Below are positions 24,430 to 37,883 of a DNA stretch of 64,000 bases, in pieces. Each line of letters starts with the position of its first letter. Within the stretch, counting starts at the first letter, position 1. Below the pieces are notes generated by a model that saw only the letters and a program-made list of their open reading frames with translations, was not told the origin of the DNA and did no database searches. The position numbers and the translations under genes were made by a program. Source of the DNA: Squalus acanthias (lineage: Eukaryota); contig CM059431.1 of assembly GCA_030390025.1 (NCBI GenBank), positions 141,052,001 through 141,116,000 on the forward strand. Direction: 5' to 3'.

Positions 24430-25729
24430 GACAAAGAGTGGGAATGCTTTGCGCTTTCATACATAGTGCCTTTAGCTTTGACTTATTAGGGAATTTCTGG
24501 TAAGTATTGGGTAAGTAGAAGCTGTAAAAGTTAAATTTAATTTAAGATTTTGATTCTAACCATGAACTTTAAAAACTGTAGATAACAGAAGCTGCCTACC
24601 TGTGGCAGTTATCTGTCAGTCAGCTGTAAGTGTTTGTATTGAGGAGCAGGGGAGCTGAGTCAACACTTGTAAATTGGGTGAGGCTCCTAGGGAATAAAAG
24701 TAAACATTTCTGCAGAGCACAGAGCGATCTGCACAGAACGGGATTAAATGGAGTGGATTTTTCGACAGAGTATTTTATTTGGGAGATTGGAAAAAGTGGG
24801 AATTATGAGACGAGGGGGAGGGAGTTGTTTATTTTTGCCTACACTACTTGCAGAGCTTTGTCTTAAAGGTAGATAGTTAATTTCAGTCCTCTTAACTTAA
24901 TCACGAGGAAGTAAGTAGACAAGAAACTGCACTGTAAACAAAGTTACCTAAATACAAATTTTATTATATTTAATTCAATAAAACAAAGTCATATAGGGAT
25001 GGCAGTGCAGGTGGTGTGCCGCAAATGCAGCAGGTGCAGAGTTTGTGGAGAGCATTGTGATTTTGGACAACCACGTTTGCAGTAAGTGCTTGCATCTTGA
25101 GGAACCTGTGCAGGGAGACAGAGGAAAGGGAAGCAAGGTTAGAAGCAAAAGACAGGAAGGAGAAAAGCAAACGTTGAAGTCAGAGAAATCAAGGGTGTAA
25201 ATCAAACATGGCCACAGTAAATAATAATTCTAAAAGGTCTAAGAGTGTTAAAAAAACAAGCCTGAAGGCTTTGTGTCTTAATGCAAGGACCATTCGTAAT
25301 AAGGTGGATGAATTAGCTGCGCAAATAGATGTAAATGGATATGATATCAATGGGATTACGGAGACATGGCTCCAAGATGACCAAGGCTGGGAATTCAACA
25401 TCCAGGGGTATTCAATATTCAGGAAAGACAGGCAAAAAGGAAAAGGAGGTGGGGTAGCATTGCTGCTTAAAGAAGAGATTAACACAATAGTAAGGAAGGA
25501 TATTAGCTCTGATGATGTGGAATCTGTATGGGTAGAGCTGAGATATACCAAGGGGCAGAAAACGTTAGTGGGAGTTGTATACAGAACCCCAAACAGTAAT
25601 GTTGAGGTTCGGGATGGCTTTAAATGTGAAATTAGAGACGCGTGCAGTAAGGGCACAGCAGTTATCATGGGTGACTTTAATCTACATATAGATTGGGCTA
25701 ACCTAATTAGTAACAATACTGTGGAGGAG
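24430..25729 (+). mobile_element. CR1 5' part (ORF1 remnant and APE endonuclease)
   Basis: Encodes LCLNARTIRNKVDEL, ITETWL, RKDRQKGKGGGVAL, GVVYRTP and MGDFN; it breaks at NNTVEE. Confidence 0.85.
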
Positions 25730-26216
25730 GTTCGTAACTAACATTTGGTGACCAAACAACGTTGTTGCTTTTTAACAATTACTATTTGGAACAGTAGTAA
25801 AAATGATGATAAGACGCAGTTTTCTAGGCTTTCCTTGGCCGCAGTGAACTCTAGGAAATTAGACTCAGATTCAACACATATTTGCATCTATAGAACAGGC
25901 AGCTTCCCTCTACATCTACCGATATTATTACCATATTGATTAAATCATTATTTGACACTGTGTGCCTGTTTATATTGACCTGTCCTGGTGGCAGTGTGTT
26001 GTAAATCTAGTTATAGTGAGTCATCAACGAGTTTTGGAAAGCAATGTGTGGTTAAATTGTATAAATATTCAGGATTATTATCAAACATCGGATTGGATTT
26101 TGTCCTTTCAGCTCACCGTACTGATCAGGGAATCTGAGTAAAATAATTTATCAGTGTTACACACATTCTTGGTAACAATGTGCAGAAGCTCCACAAGACT
26201 GGAAAGGTCCCTGCAA

Positions 26217-26850
26217 TTCACCCTCTCCTTTATCATTGAACGCTTTGTGGCGATATGCTGCTCGAAGTTTACAAGGTCGTATTGCACGGAAAGGACTGCA
26301 GCCGCGGTCTAACAGTGATCACCGATCTGGTCTGGTTAAGTGACAGCCTCTGATACTTTGAACCGGAAGAAACAATTGACAATGTGCAGCACACGTTTGG
26401 AATTCCTAACATTCCCCTCATGGGCAGAATATTCCTGGTGAAATCCATGTTTTCCCCTTGCTGCCATTTGTTTTGATTTCCCTGTTTAATTATCTGACCG
26501 TGAGACTCATGTTGCCGTCCAATCGAGTCCGCAGGTAACTCCGGGTCATATCAGCGAGAAGGAGAGCGATCATGAGAGGGAGTACCGAAACAGATCGATC
26601 ATTTCGCTCTTCACTCTATCGCATAGTTTTATCTTCTGGTGGTTGACGGCTGCTGCGAGTTTTTTAGTTGTCAGAATGACGGCAAGCGCTCATTACCAAG
26701 GTGATTACGCCAACCCGAAAACCTCAATCCGGGTTCAGGCTCATGTATCTGAATTCCTGCACGAACATGCGCAATTATGTATCAACTTTGACCAAATACA
26801 GAGAAGAGCTGAAGACTTTGCTGATATTTCTCAGCCTGGTTTCAAGATAA
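26217..26850 (+). pseudogene. Divergent, truncated GPR139/GPR142-like GPCR pseudogene (TM3 to C-terminus)
   Basis: Translated pieces are FTLSFIIERFVAICCSKFTRSYCTERTAAAV*, PLLPFVLISLFNYLTVRLMLPSNRVRR*, RSIISLFTLSHSFIFWWLTAAASF..YQGDYANP and LMYLNSCTNMRNYVSTLTKYREELKTLL. They are collinear with the intact receptor, with stops and frameshifts. Confidence 0.8.
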
Positions 26851-27213
26851 AAACATAAATTAAGTCAAAACAAAATTTGCAATCCAACATTAGAGCTCAG
26901 TGTCAGTTCTTGATGTCGCTTTGATTAGTTCACTGTTCAAGAACACAGTAGGATGGTTCTTGTAAACAATACCAGGTGCACAGAAATATCCCCTTGATGT
27001 AGCATACGATTCACGTCGGCATTGACTCTGGGTACCTGTAGAGAATGAAGCTGCAAACTGCAGTGTGGAACAGGAAGGAAAGGGAAAGACATGAGCGAAA
27101 TTCCGATGTGGGTGAAGCTCATGGTCAGGAGACACGCCACCGACTTATTGTGACAGCCTCTTGGGCCTGTTACACAGGAACTGGAGAAAATGAAGCAGCC
27201 CATCTGGTCAGTT

Positions 27214-28340
27214 ACATAGAATCATAGAATGGTTACAGCACGCAAGCAGGCCATTCGGCACATCAAGCCAGCACCGACTCTCAGCTAGTCCCACTCCACT
27301 GCCCCTTCCCCGTAGCTCTGCATTTCCCCCCCTCAGATACTCCTCCAACTCCATTTTGAAGGATAAGAGTAAGTCTGCCTCCACCATCCTTTCAGGCAGT
27401 GTATTCCAGATGTTAACCACGCGCCGCGTAAAAAAGTTTTTTCTCATGTTGCCTTTGGTTCTTTTGCCAATCACCTTAAATCTGTGTCCTCTGGTTCTCG
27501 AACATACTGTCAATGGGAACAGATTCTCTCTAATTAATCTGTCCAGTCACTCATGATTTTGAACACCTCTATTAAATCTCCTTTCAATCTTCTCTGCTCC
27601 AAGGAGAATAACCACAGCTTCTCCAGTCCATTCAAGTAACTGGTGTCCCTCATTGCTAGAATCATTATCGTATATATTTTCTGTACCTTCTCGAAGGCCT
27701 TCACATCCTTCCTAAAGTGTGGTGCCCAGAATTGGACACAGTACTCCAGTTGGTGCCGAACCAGTGTTTTATATAGGTTCATCATAACTTCCTTGATTTC
27801 TAACTCTATACCTCTATTTATGAAGCCCACGATCCCGTAATCCTTTTGTAACTGCTTTCTCAACCTGCCCTGCCACCTTCAACGATTTGTGCAAACATAG
27901 CCCCAGGTCCCTCTATTCGTGCAACCACTTTGGCATCGTACCCTTTAGTTTATATGTTCTCTCCTCATTCTTTCTACCGAAATATATTACTTCACACTTT
28001 TCTGCATTAAATTTCATCTGACACGTGTCCGACCATTTCACCAGCCTGTCTTCCTGAAGTCTATCTCTATCCTCCGCATTGTTCATTATTGTTCCAAGTT
28101 TTGTGTCATCTACAAAGTTTGAAATACTGCCCTGAACACCAACGTCCAAGTCATTAATATATATCAAGAAAATCAGTGGTCTGAGAACGGACCCCTGGGG
28201 AACACCACTATCTAGCGTCCTCTGGTCCGAAAAACAACCATTCACGACTACTCTCAGTTTCCTTTCACCTAGCCAATTTAGTATCCATGCTGCCACTGTC
28301 CATTTTATTCCATTAGCTTCAAATTTTTACAAAGCCTTTT
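27214..28340 (-). mobile_element. CR1 RT and 3' end
   Basis: GVPQGSVLRPLIFLIYINDL, FVDDTKL, LEYCVQFWAP and a CATAGAATCATAGAA tail. Confidence 0.9.
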
Positions 28341-28341
28341 A

Positions 28342-31300
28342 TGTAATGAGAAAGGATTAATTAGCAATCGTGTTGTGCGAGGCCCCTTGGGGAGGAGCGA
28401 TCATAATATAATGGAGAGTGAAGTAGTTAACACAGAGACTAGGGTCCTGAATTTAAATAAAGGAAACTACGATTGTATGAGGCACGAGTTGGCTAGGATG
28501 GATTGGGAAACGTTACTTAAAGGGTTGGTGGTGGTTAGGCAATGGCAAACGTTTAAAGATCGCATGGATGAACTACAGAATCTGTTCATCCCTGTTTAGC
28601 ATAAAAATAAAACAAAAAGAGTGACTCAAACGTGGCTAACAAGGGAAATTAAGGATAGCATAAAATCCAATGAGAGGACATATAATTTGCCCAGAAAAAG
28701 CAGCAAACCTGAGGACTGGGAGCAGTTTAGGATTCTGCAAAGGAGGACAAAGGAATTAATTAAAAGGGGGAAAATATATTATGAGAGTAAGCTTGCAGGG
28801 AACATAAAAGCTGACTGTAAAGGCTTCTATAAATATGTGAAGAGAAGAAGATAAGTGATGTCAAGTGTAGGTCCCTTGCAGTCAGAATCAGGGGAATTTA
28901 TAATGGGGAACAAAGAAGTGGCATACAAATTAAATACATACTTTGGTTCTGTCTGCACAAAGGAGTACACAAATAACCTCCCAGTGATGTCGGCGAACGT
29001 AGGGTCTAATGAGAGGGAGGAATTGAATGAATTCAGTATTTGTAGGGAAATGCTGTTCGGGAAATTGACGGGATTAAAGGCCGATAAATCCCCAGGGCCT
29101 GATAATCTACATCCTAGGGCACTTAAGGAAGTGGCCCTCGAAATAGTAGATGCATTGCTGGTCATCTTCCAAAATTCTATAGACTCTGGAACAGTTGGCA
29201 TGGATTGGAGGTTGGCTAATGTAACCCCACTATTTAAAAAAGGTGGCCGAGAGAAAACGGGGAATTTTCGACCGGTAAGTCTGACATCGGTAGTGGGGGA
29301 AATGCTAGAGTCCATTATAAAAGATGTAATGGCAGAGCGCTTGGAAAACAGTGACAGGATTGGACAAAGTGAACATGGATATACAAAAGGTAAATCATGC
29401 TTGACTAATCTACTGGAATTTTTTGAGGATGTAACTGGTAGAATAGAAAAGGGAGAACCAGTGGATGTGGTGTATTTGGACTTTCAGAAGGCTTTCAATG
29501 AAGTCCCGCAAAATAGATTAGCGTGCAAAGTTGAAGCACACGGGATTGGTAGTAAGGTACTGTCTTGGATAGAGAACTGATTGGCAGACAGGAAGCAAAG
29601 TGTTGGAATAAACGGGTCTTTTTCCGAGTGACAGGCAGTGGCTAGTGGGGTACCGCAGGGATCGTTGCTAGGAGCCCAGCTATGCACCATATATATAAAT
29701 GATCTAGACGAGGGAAGTAGATGTAATATCTCCAAGTTTGCAGATGAAACAATGCTGGTTGGGCGTGTGTGCTGTGAGGATGATGCAGAGAAACTCCAGT
29801 ATAATTTGGACAGGTTGGGTGATTTGCAGATAAATGCCAAATGCAGTATAATGTGGATAAATGCGATGTTATCCACTTCGGTGGCAAAAACAGGAAGACA
29901 GATTATTATCTGAACGGCAATAGATTGGGAAAGGGGAAGTGCAACGAGACCTGGGTGTCCTTGTGCACCAGTCGCTGAAAGTAAGCATGCAAGTGCAGCA
30001 GACGGTTAAGAAGGCAAATGGTATGTTAGCCATCATAGCGAGAGGATTCGAGAACAGGAGCAAGGACCCTGCAGTTGTGCAGGGCCTTGGTGAGATCACA
30101 CCTTAAGTATTGTGTGCAGTTTTGGTCACTTTATCTGAGGAAGGCTGTTCTTGCCATGGAGAGAGTGCAGCGAAGATTCACCAGACTGATACCTGGGATG
30201 GCAGGCAAAAAATACTGTGGAGGAGAAATTCCTAGAGTGTTTACGGGATGGTTTTCTGGAACAATATTTCGAGGAACCAACCAGAGATCAGGCCATCTTA
30301 GACTGGGTATTATGTAACGAGAAAGGATTAATTTGCAATCTTGTTGTACGGGGCCCTTTGGGTCAGAGTGATCATAATATGATATAATTCTTCATTAGGA
30401 TGGAGAGTGAAGTAGTTGAATCAGAGACTAGGGTCCTGAATTTAAATAAAGGAAACTACGATGGTATGAGGCGCGAATTGGGTAGGATTGATTGGGGAAT
30501 GTCACTCAAAGGGTTGACGTTGGATAGGCAATGGCAAACATTCAACGACTGCATGGATGAACTACAGAATGTGTTCATCCCAGTGTGGCATAAGAATAAA
30601 ACAAAAAGGGTGACTCAACCGTGGCTAACAAGGGAAGTTAGGGATAGCATAAGATCCAAGGAGAGGGCATATAAATTGGCCAGATAAAGCGGTAACCCTG
30701 AGGATTGGGAGCAGTTCAGGATTCAACAAAGGAGGACAAAGGGATTAATTTAGAAGGGGAAAATAGAATATGAAAGTAAGCTTGAAGGGAACATAATAAC
30801 TGACTGTAAGAGCTTTTATAGATATGTGAAGAGAAAAAGATTAGTGAAATCAAGTGTAGGTCCCTTGCAGTCAGAAGCGGGGGAAGTTATAATGGGTAAC
30901 AAAGAAATGGCAGACCAATTATATGCAAATTTTGTTTCTGTCTTCACAAAGGAGGACACAAATAACCACCCAGAGATGTTGGAGAACATAGGGTACAAGG
31001 AAAGGGAGGAACTGAAAGAAATCAGTATTTGCAGGGAAATGGTGTTAGGGAAATTGACGGGATTGAAGGCCGATAAATCCCCAGGGCCTGATAATCTACA
31101 TCCTAGGGTACTTAAGGAAGTGGCCCTAGAAATAGTAGATGCATTGCTGATCATCTTCCAACATTCGATGGAATCTGGAACTGTACCCATGGATTGGATG
31201 GTAGCTAATGTTACCCCACTATTCAAAAAAGGGTGGTAGAGAGAAAGCGGGGAATTACAGACCGGTAAGCCTGACATCGGTAGTGGGGAAAATGCTAAAG

Positions 31301-33126
31301 TCCATTATAAAGGATGTAATAGCTGAGCACTTGAAAAACAGTGACAGGATCGGACAAAGTCAACATGGATTTACAAAAGGTAAATCGTGCTTGGCACAGC
31401 TACTGGAATTTTTTGAGGATGTAACTGGGAAAATAGATATGGGAGAACCAGTAGATGTGATGCATTTGGACTTTCAAAAGGCTTTCGATAAGGTCCCGCA
31501 TGTGAGATTAGCATGTAAAGTTAAGGCACATGGGATTGGGGGCAAGGTATTGAATTGGATAGAGAACTGGTTGGCGGACAGAAAACAGAGAGCAGGAATT
31601 AATGGGTCTTTTTCCGAGTGGCAGGCAGTGACTCGTGGGGTACCGCAGGAATCGGTCCTTGGACCCCAGCTATTCACAATATATTTTAATGATCTAGATA
31701 AGGGAACTAAATGTAATATCTCCAAGTTTGCAGATGACATAAAGCTGGGTGAGCGTGTGTGTTTCGAGGAGGATACCGAGAAACTCCAGGATGATTTGGA
31801 CAGGTTGGGTGAGTGGGCAGAAGCGTGGCAGATGCAATATAACGTTGATAAGTGCGAGGTTATCCACTTTGATGTCAAAAACAGAAAGGCAGACTATTAT
31901 CTAAATGGCAATAGATTGGGAGAAGGGGAAGTGCAACGAGACCTGTGTGGCCTTGTGCACCAGTCGCTGAAAGTAAGCATGCAGGTGCAGCAGGCGGTGA
32001 AGAAGGCAAATGGTATGTTGGCCTTCATAGCGAAAGGGTTTGAGTATAGGAACAGGGATGTCTTGATGCAGTTGTACAGGGCCTTGGTGAGACCACACCT
32101 TTAGTACTGTGTGCAGTTTTGGTCGCCTTATCTGAGGAAGGATGATCTTGCCATGGAAGGAGTTCAGCGAAGATTCACAAGGCTGATACCTGGGATGGCA
32201 GGAATGACATATGAGCAGAGATTGGGTCGATTCGACTTATACTTGCTGGATTTTAGAAAATGAGGGTGGATCTCATCGAAACATATAAAATTCTGACAGG
32301 TCTGGACAAACTAGATGCAGGAAGAATGTTCCCGGTGGTCGGAGAGTCCAGAACCAGGGGTCATAATGTAAGGATAAGGGGCAAGCCATTTAGGACAGAA
32401 ATGAGGGAGAAATTCTTCACCCAGAGAGTGGTGAACCTGTGGAATTCTCTGCCACAGAAGTTAGTTGAGGCCAAGTCATTAAATATATTAAAGAATGAGT
32501 TAGATATATTTCATAAAGCTAAAGGTATCAAGGGGTATGGGGAGAAGGCAGGTACAGGGTACTGAGTTTGGATGATCAGCCATGATCTCATCGAATGGCG
32601 GAGCAGGCTCACGGAGCCGAATGGCCGACTCCTGCTCCTATCTTCTATGTTTCTATGTTTCTATGAATGACGTATGAGGAGAGATTGGGTCGATTAGGCT
32701 TACATTCGCTAGAGTTTAGAAGAATGAGAGGGGATCTCATTGAAACTTATAAAATTCTAACAGGACTGGAGAGGCTAGAAGCAGGAAGGATGTTCCCGAT
32801 GGCGGGGGAGTCCAGAACCAGGGATCACAGTCTAAGGATAAGGGGTAAGCCATTTAGGACTGAGATGAGGAGGAATTTCTTCACCCAGGGAGTGGTGAAC
32901 CTGTGGAATTCTGTACCACACAAGGCAGTTGAGGCCAATTCATTAAATATATTCAAGAAGGATTTAGATATATTTCTTATGTCTAAAGGGTTCAAGGGAT
33001 AAGGAGAGAAAGCAGGGACAGGGTACTGAATTTGGATGATCTGCCATGATCTCATTAAATGGCGGAACAGGCTCGAGGGGCCGAATGGCCTACTCCTGCT
33101 CCTATCTTCTATGTTTCTATGTTTCT
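28342..33126 (+). mobile_element. CR1 ORF2 (28342-30205 and 32665-33126) with a younger 5'-truncated CR1 (30207-32664) nested inside
   Basis: The host copy breaks at GGGATGGCAGG and resumes at AATGACGTATGAG. Both copies carry RT motifs (SPGPDNLHPR, DFQKAF, FADD/FADE) and (TTCTATGT)n tails. Confidence 0.9.
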
Positions 33127-33129
33127 ATT

Positions 33130-34870
33130 ATGTGGCACTTTCACAAACGCATTTTCGAAATCCATGTACCCGACGTCAACCGCATTACCCTCATCAGCAC
33201 GTTCTGATACCTCATCAAATAACTCCATTAAGTTGGTTAAACACGATTTGCCATTAACAAATCCGTGCTGGCTTTCCTTAATTAATCGACACCTATCGAA
33301 GTTACTGCTAATTTTGTCCCTGATTACTGTTTCTAAATGCTTCCCACTACCGAGGTTAAACGGACTGGGCTATTGTTGCTGGGTTTATCCTCACACACTT
33401 TTTTAAAAAATAGTGTAACATTTGCAATTCTCAAGTCCATTGGCACCACCCACGTATCTATGGAGGTTAGGAATATTATGGCCAGTAGCTCCGCGATTTC
33501 TGCACTCAATTCCCTCAATCTCGTGGGATGCATCCTATCCGCACCTGGTGTTTTATCTACTTTAATAGAGCCAGCCTTTCTAATTCCTCGTCTTTATCAA
33601 TTTTTTATAATACCAAATGTTCCACTACCTCCTCCTTCACTATGTCTATGTCAGCAACCTCTTCCTTGGTCAAGACAGAGACAAAGTACTCGTTTATTAC
33701 CTCAGCCATACGCTTTGTCTCCATGACTGGGTCTCCTTTTAGGTCCCTAATTGGCCCCACCCCTCCTGTTACTACCCTTTTACTATTTATATGCCTATAG
33801 AAGACTTTTGGATTACCTATTATGTTAGTTGCCATTCTATTCTCATGTCGTCTCCTTGCCCCTCTTATTTTGCTTTTCACTTCTCCTGTTAACATTCTAT
33901 ATATAGCCAGATTCGCTTATGTCTTTGCAACCTGACATCTGCCATACGAGATATTTTTCTGCATCATCATATACTCTATCTTTTTCGTCATCTCGGGAGC
34001 CCTGACTTTATTGGCCCTGCCCAGTCCCAGACTCGCCAACCATCCGAAATAGTTTATCTTTATCTACTCTATTAGTTCCCCTTAATATCTTGAAAACTTC
34101 TATCAAATCGCCCATTAACCTTCTAACTTCTAGGGAATGCAACCGTAGTTTGTGTAATCTCTCCTAGAAATTTAACCCTTGGAGTCGATATATCATTCGA
34201 GTAAATCTACGCTTCAGTCTGAAAGGCTAATGCAAGGTGTGGTGGAGGGAACTGAACATCTAACCAGGGGTTGTATAGCTGTAGCATAACTTCTACCCCT
34301 TTTACTGTAGTCCTCCAGAGATAAATACCAGCATTACATTAGTCTTTTTTGATTATTTTCTGTACCTGTCCACGATAATTTAATGATATATTTGCAAGGA
34401 CCCTTAAGTCTCTTTCGACCTCCACTGATTCCAGCTTTTCACCATTTAGAATATATTCTGATCTATTGTTTTTAGGTCCTAACTTGATACCTCACACTTG
34501 CCTATATTGAAATTCATTTGCCACAGTTTTGCAAATTCACTTAATCTATCAATATATTTGTAATGTTATACGTTCATCTGCACTGCATGCAATGCTGCCT
34601 ATCTCTGTGTCATCGTCATACTTGGATATGTGGCTCTCAATCCCATCATCTAATAACTATGATGAATAGTTCAGGCTCAATACAGATCCCCCAGGGACAC
34701 CACGAGTCATATCCTGCCAATTATGGTACCTGCCAATTATCCGTACACTCTGTAACCTATCGCTCAACCAATTTCCTAACCAAGAGAGTAATTTGCCTTC
34801 AATTCCTTGAGCGTCAATCTTAGCGAACATTCTCTTATGCGGGACTTTACTGAATGCCTTTTTGTACATG
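33130..34870 (-). mobile_element. Two CR1 fragments
   Basis: Motifs include FYRHINSKR, HPTRLREL and KAFSKVPHKR. Confidence 0.8.
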
Positions 34871-35369
34871 TATGCTAGTTTTTAATGATTTGTGAACTGG
34901 GTCTCACAAACCTTTTGGTTCCTCAACAGTTAATAGATTCCCATGATTTCTAAATTACTCCGAATTATATTACTTGTTTCCAAAGTGCATGATGTCACAC
35001 TTTTGAACAATGAACACGATTTGCCATAATTTTGCCACACATTTCATCTGTCTCTGTTTCTCTCTCCACGGATGCTGCCTGGCCTGCTGAGTTTTTGCAG
35101 CGTTTTCTGTTGTTATTTCATCTGTCTCTATTCATTTGGTTAGGTCCAGCTCCCATTTGCACTAATACAATGCATCCGAACTTAGTTTCATCTTCAAACT
35201 TAGATCTACAGCACCCTGTTGCTCCATCCAAATCATTAATAAACATGGTGAAAAGTTGAGTATCCAATAGAGATATGTGGGGAACAGCAGTGCTGACATC
35301 TGATGCCGCTCATAAAGAGCATGTCGTACGTGGAATGGAGACTGTATCTTAAATGAAGCCTGTGGGAGG

Positions 35370-36215
35370 CAAACAGTCAGCGTCTTTTTTGAGAAATGTG
35401 CTGTACAGGCGGGATGTGAGGTTAACCACTTTGGTAGGAAAAATACAAGGCGGAATATTTTTAATTGGTGAGAGATTGGGAAATATTGGCATTCACCCGG
35501 ACCTGGGTGTCCTTGTACAAGAATCACAGAAAATTAACCTGCAGTTACATGAATTGATTAGGAAAGCAAATGGTATGTCAGCCGTTATGACAAAAACGAT
35601 TGCAGTATAAGATTAGAGAAGACTTACTACAATTATGTAGGGCCATGGTGAGACCACACCTGGAGTACTGTGTACAGCTTTGGTCTCCTTATCTAAGGAA
35701 TGATATACTGGTCTCAGAGGTAGTACAACGAAGGTTCACTAGTCTGAGTCCTGGGATGGGAGATTGTCCTATGAGGAGATATTGAGTAGACTAGGCCTAT
35801 ATTCTCTAGAGTTTAGAAGAATCAGAGGTGATCTCATTGAAACGTATATAATTCTTAAGGCGCTTGACAGGGTAGATGCTGGGAGGTGGTTTCCCCTGGC
35901 TGGGGAGTCTAGAACTAGGCATCACAGTCTCAGAATAAGTGGTCGGCCATTTAGAACTGAGAGCAGGAGACATTTTTTCACTCAAAGTGTGGTGAATCTT
36001 TGCAATTCTTCACCACAGAGGCCTATGGATGTTCAGTCATTGAGCGTATTCAAGACAGCGATTGATATATTTTTGGTACTATTGAATCAAGGGATATGGA
36101 GAAAGGGCGGGAAGGCGGTGTTGAGGTAGATCAGCAATGAACTTATTGAATGGCAGATCAGGCTTGAAGGGCAGGATGGCATATCCCTGCTCCTATTACT
36201 TATTTTCTTATGATC
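35370..36215 (+). mobile_element. CR1 3' fragment
   Basis: Encodes VRPHLEYCVQLWSPYLR and LGLYSLEFRRIRGDLIETY. Confidence 0.85.
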
Positions 36216-36219
36216 TTAC

Positions 36220-37520
36220 TTGTGTCCCCCTGTACGTATATCACTGGCATTGCAAAACTGGCTTGTACTTGTGTCCCAGCAGTACGTATACCACCATTGC
36301 TGCGAGACTAGTCAGTACTTGTGTCGCAGCATTACATATACCACAAATACAGTGTCAGCTGTGGCTCAGCTGGTAGCACCCTCGCCTCTGAGTCAGAAGG
36401 TTGTGAGTTCATATTCCCACTCCGCTTGAGCACAAAAAATCCAGGTTGACACTCCAATGCAGTATTGAGGGAATGCTGCACTGTTGGAGGTGCTTCCTTT
36501 CGGATGAGACGTTAAACCCCGGCCCCGTCTGCCCTCTCAGGTGGAGGTAAAAGAAACTTATGGCACTATTTCGAAGAAGAGCGGGGGAGTTTCCTATCCA
36601 ATATTTATCCCTCAATCAACATTACTAAAAGAAACAGAAACTATGTTTTTTATTATATTGCTGTTTGTTGGAGCTTGCTCTGTGCCAATTGGCTGCCACG
36701 TTTCCTCTATTACAACACTGTGACTACACTTCATAAATACCTCTCTAAAGTGCTTCGGGATGTCCGGTGGTCGTCAAAGGCACTAAATAATTGCAAGTCT
36801 TTCTATCTTTCATTGCTACAAAACTGGTCAGTACTCGTGTTCCAGCAGTAGGTTTTCCACCAGTGCTGCAAAGGTTGGGTCATCACCAGTAATGCAGTAG
36901 TTGTGTCCCCAATAGTGCAACAATAGTGGAGCCTCGAACAGGAATACATTCCCTGATAGCAGCGGAAGAGCATTGTCCCCTATTACTAGAGGAACATGGT
37001 CACGTCTAGTATATGTGGAGGAGTAACACTTGTACCATAGGAGCAGGGTCACCACCGGTGTACGATTATGGAACGACTAGTACTGGACGACTACGTTCAC
37101 CACTAGTTTAAGTGCAGGGCCACCACTAGTGGTGGAGGAGGACAATCACCTCTCCTGTAAATGTAGATTGCCACTAGCACAGTAGAAGCTCTTTCTCCAC
37201 TAGTGTAAGTGCAGTGCTCCCACTAGTACAGGAGTAGTACGGTCAACTCCAGTTTAAGTGTAGGGTTTCACTACTGCAGGAACAGCACGCTCACCTCTAC
37301 TCTAAGTGTAGGTTTAAGACAACTACAGGAGTAACACCGTTACTTTTAATGCTGCAGAATTGGGGTCATCAACAATATTGCAAGACTTGTTTCCCCGCCT
37401 GTTCTGGAGGAGTTGGAGCACCGGGACTGAGTCAAGCGCAGGGTCAGGGTTTGAAGTGCAAGGGGACCTGCCATCACTACTCCAGTGGGAAGAGAGTCAG
37501 CACATTTACCGGAGAGGTGA
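36220..37520. repeat. Degenerate tandem-repeat tract upstream of the GPCR (about 49-bp units, then CCACTAGT-rich units), interrupted by the SINE
   Basis: Recurring CAGTACTTGTGTCCCAGCAGTA and CCACTAGT motifs; a homologous tract lies at 63470-64000 on the minus strand. Confidence 0.55.
36356..36806 (+). mobile_element. Full-length SacSINE1/DeuSINE-like tRNA SINE
   Basis: A box GTGGCTCAGCTGG, B-box-like GAGTTCATATTCC, Deu-like core and TGCAAGTCTTTCT tail. Confidence 0.8.
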
Positions 37521-37726
37521 CTGTCCGCCTCCAGCACCAGTAATGCGAGATTACAATTTCTACTTGCAAATAACGTTTTTTAAACATTTCCATTAACAAT
37601 TTCAAACATTTCTCTTAATCTGACGTATGACATAAAAGAGAACTTGCCTTATTCTATTTGTTAAATGACCGTAACTAATGATAATTATGACTTAACCTCA
37701 TTGACTCGCTGGAGGATTGATTTGTG

Positions 37727-37775
37727 GATAAATATAGGTTCACTTCCATTGCCTCAGCCGTGCGCCAGTCAGAGT
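37727..37775 (+). promoter_or_regulatory. Putative core promoter of the GPCR gene (TATA-like GATAAATATA, Inr-like CCAGTC about 30 nt downstream)
   Basis: GGATAAATATAGG and CCAGTCAGAGTC are both retained at the same spacing upstream of the paralogue (about 63225-63275, minus strand). Confidence 0.5.
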
Positions 37776-37813
37776 CTTTTAGCTCCGACACTATTCATCC
37801 ATTCTCACAGAAA

Positions 37814-37883
37814 ATGGGGCGATCAACTATTCTTCTGATCAAAGAGATTTACTACCCGATTCTCGCAGCAGTCGGTATCCCCG
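37814..37883 (+). CDS. Exon 1 of an intact GPR139/GPR142-like class A GPCR (MGRSTILLIKEIYYPILAAVGIP + 1 nt)
   Basis: ATG at 37814 opens a 70-nt exon ending CCG|GTGAGC (GT donor at 37884). It encodes a short N-terminus and the start of TM1. The paralogue has a near-identical 70-nt exon at 63115-63184. Confidence 0.9.

Noticed and set aside
26890..27036. Minus-strand acceptor followed by short open frames
   Set aside because: No recognisable protein features in any frame.
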